DNA from: Macrostomum lignano
Lineage: Eukaryota
Assembly (NCBI GenBank): GCA_002269645.1
Contig: NIVC01003530.1
Coordinates: 1 to 64,000 of the forward strand
DNA: 64,000 bases
Direction: 5' to 3'
The translations under genes and the position numbers were made by a program. The notes below the pieces were generated by a model. It had not been told where the DNA came from. It did not search any database and saw only the letters and a list, made by a program, of their open reading frames with translations. Shown in pieces: positions 43,349-64,000 of this stretch; position 1 is the stretch's first letter, and every line of letters starts with the position of its first letter.

Positions 43349-44116
43349 GAGATGCAGCAGTGGGAAGATGCAGTGTGCGGGCACAGCACGGGTGCAGCAG
43401 TGGGGAGATGCAGTGTGCGGGCACAGCAGGGGTGCAGCAGTGGGAGATGCAGTGTGCGGGCACAGCACGGGTGCAGCAGTGGGAGATGCAGTGTGCGGGC
43501 ACAGCACGGGTGCAGCAGTGGGAGATGCAGTGTGCGGGCACAGCACGGGTGCTGCAGTGGGAGATGCAGTGTGCGGGCACAGCACGGGTGCAGCAGTGGG
43601 GAGATGCAGTGTGCGGGCACAGCACGGGTGCAGCAGTGGGGAGATGCAGTGTGCGGGCACAGCACGGGTGCAGCAGTGGGGAGATGCAGTGTGCGGGCAC
43701 AGCACGGGTGCAGCAGTGGGGAGATGCAGTGTGCGGGCACAGCACGGGTGCAGCAGTGGGAGATGCAGTGTGCGGGCACAGCACGGGTGCAGCAGTGGGA
43801 GATGCAGTGTGCGGGCACAGCACGGGTGCTGCAGTGGGAGATGCAGTGTGCGGGCACAGCACGGGTGCAGCAGTGGGAGATGCAGTGTGCGGGCACAGCA
43901 CGGGTGCTGCAGTGGGAGATGCAGTGTGCGGGCACAGCACGGGTGCAGCAGTGGGGAGATGCAGTGTGCGGGCACAGCACGGGTGCAGCAGTGGGGAGAT
44001 GCAGTGTGCGGGCACAGCACGGGTGCAGCAGTGGGGAGATGCAGTGTGCGGGCACAGCACGGGTGCAGCAGTGGGGAGATGCAGTGTGCGGGCACAGCAC
44101 GGGTGCAGCAGTGGGA
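43349..44116 (+). repeat. 36/37-bp minisatellite, expanded paralog
   Basis: Read directly from the sequence. Confidence 0.9.
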
Positions 44117-44823
44117 GGCGGTGGGTTCGCATCTGACAGACTCAATAAAAATTCAATTAACGCACAATGAGCAGCGAATGTACATCAGTGTAAATTACAG
44201 ATCAGTCTAGGAAAGTATTGCTTTGTTGTCCCTGCTCTAAGTATTGCTAGCCCAGCTCCCTACTCTATTGGGATAAATCCTCAGCTTAAATCCCAAAGCA
44301 TCCCAAAGCTCAGGGTCAGACTAGCAATCCACTCCCCGACCCCGCTGGGCCCAGCAGCTCACAGCGGGTGCACACAGCAATTTCAGCTTGCGGATTCGGC
44401 AGGGACAACAAAAAGAGTCACAACAAAGAGCTGATGGGGACAAGCGGCAGGTGCAGGGGATCACAGACAGCGGTGCACAGGCGGGGCCAAGCAGTGCATT
44501 CTGAAGTGCAGGAGGACTTCAGCGAATTGCCAGAGGCAGAAATTTGCACACAGAAATATTTTTTGCAGTGCGAGCTGAGCGAATTCGGCAAAGCTGGGAA
44601 GAGGGCGCAGCAGCCGCGGCTCTGCGGCATCTCCGTGTGAGCCGCCCCGGATCTGCCGCTCCTTGGCTAGACTAGCAATCCACTCTGTTTGTGGAATCCA
44701 GCAAACCAGGCCCGGGAGCGCCAAGGTCAAGTCAGTAAAAGTACATCCTGTCACATCCAGGGCATTGCTGATTGACAGTTCAGTCCAGCTGCATGGGGCC
44801 GGGGCTCGAGCCCCGCACCTCCC

Positions 44824-56001
<11,178 letters not shown>

Positions 56002-56089
56002 CTGGGCGGAAGGTGAGGTAGGCTGGGAAGGTGAGTTAACGAGCTGGTTTGGGGGCCGCAAGGTTTGGGGATTTAAGGGCCTTTTGGTC

Positions 56090-56785
56090 TGGGGATCTTT
56101 TGGATCTGGGGATCTTTGGGATCTTTTGGATCTGGGGATCTTTGGGATCTTTTGGATCTGGGGATCTTTGGGATCTTTTGGATCTGGGGATCTTTGGGAT
56201 CTTTTGGATCTGGGGATCTTTGGGATCTTTTGGATCTGGGGATCTTTGGGATCTTTGGGATCTTTGGGATCTTTTGGATCTGGGGATCTTTGGGATCTGG
56301 GGATCTTGGGATCTTTTGGATCTGGGGATCTTTGGGATCTTTTGGATCTGGGGATCTTTGGGATCTTTTGGATCTGGGGATCTTTGGGATCTGGGGATCT
56401 TTGGGATCTGGAGATCTTTGGGATCTGGGGATCTGGGGATCTTTGGGATCTGGGGATCTTTTGGATCTGGGGATCTTTGGTATTTGAGGATCTTTGGGAT
56501 CTGGGGATATTTTGATCTGGGGATCTTTGGGATCTGGGGATCTTTTGGATCTGGGGATCTTTGGTATCTGAGGATCTTTGGGATCTGGGGATCTTTTGGA
56601 TCTGGGGATCTTTGGTATCTGAGGATCTTTGGGATCTGGGGATCTTTTGGATCTGGGGATCTTTGGGATCTGGGGATTTTAGGATCTGGGGATCTTTTGG
56701 ATCTGGGGATCTTTGGTATCTGAGGATCTTTGGGATCTGGGGATTTTTTGGATCTGGGGATCTTTGGGATCTGGGGATTTTAGGA
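56090..56785 (+). repeat. GGATCT/GGGATCTTT-based compound satellite in a DDR intron
   Basis: Read directly from the sequence. Confidence 0.93.
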
Positions 56786-57559
56786 TCAGGGAATTTTTCA
56801 GGCTCGGAATACATAATTTTCCCGCCAATGACGCGATAGCCAAAGTTAATATTCATATTGCTCCCGTTCATATGCACTTTAACGCGAGAAATAAGCAACA
56901 GTTTGCAGAGAGATTCGTACGATCCCAAGTCGCTCTGCAACTTGTTTGCCTCCCCCCCCCCACAGCGGGAGCGCTAAATAATATTCCCAATAATACTCGC
57001 GTTAATCGCAGTTCGCGTGCAAAAAGCATTCAATCAAACGGATGAGGGCTGGGTGAGTAAGTCACTGACCCCAGCGGATCCTCAGGAAGAACTCTTCGAG
57101 AAGGAGCGCCCGCCCCGCTCCCTCTTCCCATTGTCTTTGTGCTTGAAATTGAAAGTGAAAAAAGCTGCCAGAGGAGAGGAGACCGCAGACGGGCACTCCT
57201 GGGGGGGGGGGGTCAATTGAAAGTTTGGGAGATCTGACCGCAGCCCGGGTGTGACATTTGAAAACCCTCCCTGTCCCCCGACTGCTGCGTGGGATCTGAG
57301 ATCTGGGATCAGACTGCCCGGGGAGTGGCCGGGGCTTCTTGGGGAGCAAAAGTTGAGGAGGGCTTAAGGAGGCGGGGCCAGCCCAGCAAGAGGATTATCC
57401 CCAGCCCGAGTGCGAGGCCTGGGCTGGATTAGGAGGTTTTCCCCTTCTGTTGTGTTTTTTAAAAATCTTTTTTTCGGTAAGGGAAATGAATCACTGCGGC
57501 TGATGCTCGAAATCCGCCGCCAGAGCTGCCTCCCCACTAGCGCTCGGTTCGAAGGGAGG

Positions 57560-58375
57560 CAGACAGGGAGAGGCAGGGAGACGGAGAGAGGCAGGGAGAC
57601 AGGGAGACGGAGAGAGGCAGGGAGACAGGGAGACGCAGAGAGGCAGGGAGACAGGGAGACGCAGAGAGGCAGGGAGACAGGGAGACGCAGAGAGGCAGGG
57701 AGACAGGGAGACGCAGAGAGGCAGGGAGACAGGGAGACGCAGAGAGGCAGGGAGACAGGGAGACGCAGAGAGGCAGGGAGACAGGGAGACGCAGAGAGGC
57801 AGGGAGACAGGGAGACGCAGAGAGGCAGGGAGACAGGGAGACGCAGAGAGGCAGGGAGACAGGGAGACGCAGAGAGGCAGGGAGACAGGGAGACGCAGAG
57901 AGGCAGGGAGACAGGGAGACGCAGAGAGGCAGGGAGACAGGGAGACGCAGAGAGGCAGGGAGACAGGGAGACGCAGAGAGGCAGGGAGACAGGGAGACGC
58001 AGAGAGGCAGGGAGACAGGGAGACGCAGAGAGGCAGGGAGACAGGGAGACGCAGAGAGGCAGGGAGACAGGGAGACGCAGAGAGGCAGGGAGACAGGGAG
58101 ACGCAGAGAGGCAGGGAGACAGGGAGACGCAGAGAGGCAGGGAGACAGGGAGACGCAGAGAGGCAGGGAGACAGGGAGACGCAGAGAGGCAGGGAGACAG
58201 GGAGACGCAGAGAGGCAGGGAGACAGGGAGACGCAGAGAGGCAGAGAGGCAGGGAGACAGGGAGACGCAGAGAGGCAGGGAGACAGGGAGACACAGAGAG
58301 GCAGGGAGGGAGGCAGGTAGGGAGGCAGGGAGACGGAGAGAGGCAGGGAGGCAGGGAGACGCAGAGAGGCAGGGA
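57560..58375 (+). repeat. 26-bp purine-rich minisatellite (AGAGAGGCAGGGAGACAGGGAGACGC)
   Basis: Read directly from the sequence. Confidence 0.93.
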
Positions 58376-61300
58376 GAAAGTCGCCCTTGGCAGGCCACCG
58401 GCCCGGGTGGCCAGATGGGCGCTAGAAAATCTTGACACTCAGCTAGACACTCCTGGGCACTCTTCTGAGCACTCTTTTGAGCACTCTCCTGGACAACCTA
58501 CCTACTGAGCTCATCTCCGGCTATCATCCAGAGCTGAGCGCTCTCATTGAAAGCAAAATATTAAATTTCAAACAGGTAGAAAGCATCTCTCGGGCTGAGC
58601 AGGGACAGAGGCAGGCAGACAACAAGCTGAGGCACACCTTGATTGACACCTGCCACCCGAGATCAGCCGCACTGGATTAAATCCAAACCCTATGGACAGA
58701 CACGAATAACTAAGGACTACACCATAAATCCTCATTGGAGGAGGGGAAGCTGCGATGAAGCGGCAGGGGCAGCAGGTGACAGACTGTTCTGACAGGCCAC
58801 AGATGGCGCCAGAGATTGCAGATGACGGATCAGCGATGGAGAAAGATGGGAAATGGGAGGAGAGAGATGGGGAGAAAGTCACTGGGGAACGAGTGCTGCT
58901 CGGTAAAATGAGGAAAACTGTTGCGTAACACCGGAGAACTGTTGAACCGTGAAACTGCTCAGTGAGACTGCTCAGTGAAACTGCTCATTAAAAGTGCTCA
59001 TTCAAACTGCTCATTCAAACTGCTCATTCAAACTGCTCACTCACCGATTTAGACTGCAGCTTGCCCTGGCTGAAGCTGAGCATGCTGTAGTTGCGGAACT
59101 GCTCAGCCTCGCTGCGCCGGTACTGGATGAACAGCTGTTTGGACTGCTCGCCCTGCAAAGAGAGGGCGGGGCCGAACAGCCATTGAAGTGTTTGCAGCAG
59201 CAAATGTATCTACAGTGTATCCGTGAGCTCAACTGCAACTGGCAACAAAAAAGGGATTAAAAAACACACGAGAGGCGAGGACAAAAGGCGGAGCAGCTGA
59301 AAGACTAGAATTGCTACTTCCCGGCCTCAAACTGCTCAAGCAAACGCAACACAGAAGCGCTACTCTCCGTTTGAGTCGCTGACTCGGCCGCGCCCACCTT
59401 GCCGCATCTGCAGGCAGGAGAATCGATGGAGCCGCCATTTGCCCGCATCGATCCGCCCCCCCCCCCCTCCGGGTAACCGGAGACTCCGGAGACTTCGGTG
59501 GGGGATCGCAAGCGGATTAAGAGAGAGAGAGAATCGGGATTCCTTCGTTGATCCCTAAAATCTGATCCCCCGGAGAGACACCTGCCCCTCCCCCAGTCAG
59601 CTAGCTGAGCTGGGCAATAATTAAAAACTAATTGCGCTCTCGAGTGCCCAAAAGCCGGAGGGAGGCCTCCTAATGAGCTGAGCAGCGCCCGGCGGCAATG
59701 GCGCAGCTCATGAGCGATGAGGCGCTGAGGCTGGCTGGGGATGAAATATAATTCACGGCATCAAAAAAATCCCCATCGCGTGCCGCTCCCATCGTGGGGC
59801 CGAAAATTCCCGCCCCACCGGAACTCGCGCCGCCAACTGGTAGCTCAAGTGACCTCGCGGTGACCGGCCGCTGCCTGCCATTGTCTACCATTCCCTGATA
59901 ATCCCAATAATTCCCCAGCGTTCCTTAATACTCCACAATAAATCCCAATATGCCCTAATAATATGAAACATTCTCATATTGAAAAGCTGGATTTTCCGCC
60001 CATCTTCAGAGCGGCATGCGGGGCAGACTTTGCCCTCCCCAGAGTGCAGCAAAGGAATTCCAGGGCAGAACAGGGTCAGCTGGGACTCGACGGAACAGCG
60101 ACGAGCATGAGCATGAGCTCTGCTTGGGGGGGGGGCTCAAATGATAGGGTATGCGGTCCCAGCATCCCTGAGTTATTTAGCCGGAGGCCGCCCCTCCCCA
60201 TCAGCCGGCACTGGATGCATATGAAGGGAATTCTCCCCCCACTTTTAGAAAAAAAGTTTGCGGACCAAGTCAAGCGCAGGGATTTGCACTCTGGCGTCGA
60301 GGGGCGGGGGGAGGGGGGGGCGGCGCCGCTGCAGCTGCCCACACGGCGCCGCATCATCGGGCGAAATCCCAGACAGCTTTGGGGGATCTTGAGAATCTGG
60401 GCGGAGAAGGCAACGGCTGCGGCAGTTTTCCTCTCAAGTGGGGGGCGGCGGTCTTTAGAAAATAAATAATTCAGAGGGGATCCCCGAAACTTGGCCGCGA
60501 CTGTGGAAGTGCAGCACTGGATAGAGCAAACTGCCCCATCACTGGGCATCCAGACTCTCCCCTCCGCTGCTTATTCAAGCTTGTCAGATTGCTCGGGCCC
60601 AGAAGGACGACAGGGCGACGATGACAAGCGGGACGACAACAAAAAGCAAATATTTTTGTCGTCAACGTGCAAAACTTTTTAGCGAAATTAGATATGGAAA
60701 ATCACGCGAAAGCCCCTGTCTATGGCCATAAATCATTACGAGCCGCACTAGCGGGCTCTCTAGGGAGGCATAAAAATCCCTTGGATAGATAAGTTTTACT
60801 GCGCAGTGACAGCTGTCTGAAGTCGTTAAAATAATTTCCTTCATAGAGGCTGCGGTTGAAGGCTGGGACACTACTCTACTCATACTTTCCCTTTTCTCTG
60901 CGCGAGAGGCTGAGCTAATTTGCAAAATAGAGGTTTTACGGTCTCTAGAACTGCCGTCTCCGAGCTCCGTGAGCACGGTGTCCCCCCCCCCCCACGGAGG
61001 CACTGGAGCGGGCAGCGGCGGTGCTTTGAGTCGGAGCGGAGAAAGCAGCAGCTCACTTAGGCAGAAGTTGAGAACCGCATGCAGCCTGCTAATCAGAGCT
61101 GCAGCTCCCCAGACGGACAGGAAGAGAGACAGAAGGAGGACAGGGGGCAGCCTCAGGCTGCTTCCGTTTGAGCATCCCCGGCGCACTGAGGACGGCTTTG
61201 ATGTGCCGAGCAAACAGAGGCGGACGGCCTCAGCTCTGCCAGCCGGCACCGAAGTCGCTGGCCCGTGAGACTCCCGGGATGACTTAATTAGCAAGATGAG

Positions 61301-62089
61301 ACACTGGCAAGAGCGGCTGAGTGGATGAGTAGCTGCGGGGAAGAATCTCCCATCTCAGCAACACCCCGGGCCGTCACCTCGCATCACCTGGTCCGGGCCT
61401 GAAAGCCCAGCGACCGACCAGATTGAGTGGCGCCGCACCGCCAATTATGCCAAATTAATGCGCCAGCGCACCTCGAGATCGAGATGAATGGCCGGATGGG
61501 GCGGGCCGGGGAGGCTGCGCATGAAATCAAAGTGGGAAGCTGCTGGACTGTTAAAAAGCCGAGGACAGAAGTGCACGATGCTGAATGATGCAGATGCAGA
61601 TGCAGGGCAATCCCCCAGCCTCCAGCTGGCTTTTGTCAGCTCGAGTCCTCCAGCAGCCTACGGCTCAAGTTTCCACCTCCTATGCTTCTCCATTTCACTG
61701 CATCGGCCGCCGACTTTCGGATTTCTGCTGCAACACAGAAATTCCCCCCATGCCGACCGTGAGACTCTGCGAGATCCGACAGGGGGACAGAAGGCAGCCT
61801 CGCCAGGCCTGCCATATTTGGAAGGAAACAAAAGCGCGCAGTCCATTGCAGCTGCTCTTTTTCTCTTTCCTTCCCTCCCTCTCTCTCTCTGCAATTTTTT
61901 CTCTAATTTTTCTCTTGTCTCAGCAGCAGAAAAGCAAACTGCAAGTCAGTCAGGGAGGCGCGCGTGTTTGCTGAATTTGCTCTCTTCTCTATGCATGCGG
62001 CAGCCCAGCGGGGCTGTGTTTGTTTTTCGGAGATGCGGCCAGCCACGGACTTCATTTAGGCTCCTTTGCTCTGCATGGGCCTTTGAAAT

Positions 62090-63150
62090 AGACAGGCTCT
62101 GCCATAGACAGGCTCTGCCATAGGCAGGCTCTGCCATAGAGGGGCTCTGTCATAGACAGACTCTATCATACAGGCTCTGCCATAGACAGGCTCTGCCATA
62201 GACAGGCTCTGCAATAGACAGGCTCTGCCATAGACAGGCTCTATCATAGACAGGCTCTGCCATAGACAGACTCTATCATAGACAGGCTCTGCCATAGACA
62301 GACTCTGCCATAGACAGGCTCTGCCATAGACAGGCTCTGCCATAGACAGGCTCTGCCATAGACAGAATCTGCCATAGACAGGCTCTATCATAGACAGGCT
62401 CTGCCATAGACAGACTCTGCCATAGACAGGCTCTGCCATAGACAGGCTCTGCCATAGACAGGCTCTGCCATAGACAGACTCTGCCATAGACAGGCTCTGC
62501 CATAGACAGGCTCTGCCATAGACAGACTCTGCCATAGACAGGCTCTGCCATAGACAGACTCTGCCATAGACAGGCTCTGCCAGAGACAGGCTCTGCCATA
62601 GACAGGCTCTGCCATAGACAGGCTCTGCCATAGACAGAATCTGCCATAGACAGGCTCTATCATAGACAGGCTCTGCCATAGACAGACTCTGCCATAGATA
62701 GGCTCTGCCATAGACAGGCTCTGCCATAGACAGGCTCTGCCATAGACAGACTCTGCCATAGACAGGCTCTGCCATAGACAGGCTCTGCCATAGACAGACT
62801 CTGCCATAGACAGGCTCTGCCATAGACAGACTCTGCCATAGACAGGCTCTGCCATAGACAGACTCTGCCATAGACAGAATCTGCCATAGACAGGCTCTAT
62901 CATAGACAGGCTCTGCCATAGACAGACTCTGCCATAGATAGGCTCTGCCATAGACAGGCTCTGCCATAGACAGGCTCTGCCATAGACAGACTCTGCCATA
63001 GACAGACTCTGCCATAGACAGACTCTGCCATAGACAGGCTCTGCCATAGACAGGCTCTGCCATAGACAGACTCTGCCATAGACAGGCTCTGCCATAGACA
63101 GACTCTGCCATAGACAGACTCTGCCATAGACAGACTCTGCCATAGACAGG
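62090..63150 (+). repeat. 16-bp minisatellite (CATAGACAGGCTCTGC)n
   Basis: Read directly from the sequence. Confidence 0.93.
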
Positions 63151-64000
63151 CGCCCTCGGAAGCGAAAGCCAATTTCCTGGGGCCCCAAGCGGAGCCGAGT
63201 CTGAGTCATCCCGGTCTCGCGTGCGTGGCCGAGTTATGATTTCTTTAGCTAAGCTATTAATATGAAAAATTGGAGGCCAAAAGCAGAGCAAAGCGGGCCA
63301 AAGAGAGTTGGCCCCAAGTCATTGCTTGCCCTGCCTGTGTGATGTCACAACTGGACGGCCGAAATTGGATAAATCTGGGAGTTATGGCGGAAAGCGTGAC
63401 GCACAAGAGCAGCTTGGCTGATGCAGAAGAGAGCAGACAGCAGTCGGTGTGTTATTAGCGACCCTGGGGGGTCCGCACTCGCCACCTTATCCATTGGGGT
63501 TCTCGGGCCGGGCATTTCGCACAGTTGATTAATCCTTGATGGGGAATTACCGCGCCGGGTGAAGAAATCCTCCGCCGAGCTAATGAAAGGAGACAAATGC
63601 GTGCGCGGCCGGAGTGACTCAGGGCCTGACTGTAATTGAAGCTGAGGGGCCACCGCCGGCTCGGGCAAAACAAACCGCCGCTGTCGTCTCCCCATAGCCT
63701 CCGGCTGTCTGCGTCGCTTATGATTGACAGCGCCTGGGCACGGAGTGATGAAGCTGGGGAAGCAGAGGAAGCTGGGCCCGACATCAGTCATCATCAGAGC
63801 CAACAACAGGTTGCCAGATGATCTGCCTAAGATCCCCAAAAAAGCGCTGCTTTGAACTCATCCTGAATGATTTAAAAAAAGTTATTCTAGCGTCTAGGGC
63901 GCAGTTTTGCTCTCATTAAAGGTTGGTTAGAAGGGAGAATTATCCCTCGATGCGAGGGTCCTTTGTTCCCAGATCGCTTCTGTCAAAGGCGCGGCCTAAT

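Noticed and set aside
57000-64000. Assorted 60-210-aa ORFs as genes or missing 5' DDR exons
   Set aside because: No discoidin N-terminal motifs, signal peptide or other domain recognisable; treated as intronic or intergenic sequence.

Overview
Eukaryotic (animal) genomic DNA with GC-rich exons and introns packed with mini- and microsatellites. The style suggests a free-living flatworm such as Macrostomum, but that is inference only. Main contents: (1) a full-length, 16,036-bp Polinton/Maverick (adintovirus-type endogenous virus) at 1917-17952, with AG...CT termini, terminal inverted repeats (TIRs), a 6-bp target-site duplication (TSD, GAACGG), and genes for integrase, protein-primed PolB, adenain-like protease, packaging ATPase, major and minor capsid, parvovirus-type PLA2 and an adenovirus pX-like protein; (2) an ankyrin-repeat/STE-type kinase gene in two copies (A, split by the Polinton; B, 37648-41143, uninterrupted), whose near-identical 210/213-bp repeats vary almost only at ankyrin binding-surface codons and differ between the copies; (3) a discoidin domain receptor (DDR) gene on the minus strand plus a duplicate of its 3' exons; (4) a glutamine synthetase gene; (5) a young, internally deleted Ty3/Gypsy LTR element and an older Gypsy RT/RNase H remnant. 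An ~11-kb block (38.1-49.2 kb) is duplicated at 1-29.3 kb. The left copy carries both insertions and the right copy shows the empty sites. The best candidate for an undescribed system is the hypervariable, DARPin-like ankyrin-kinase. All calls come from reading the sequence and recognising motifs; no database searches were run.
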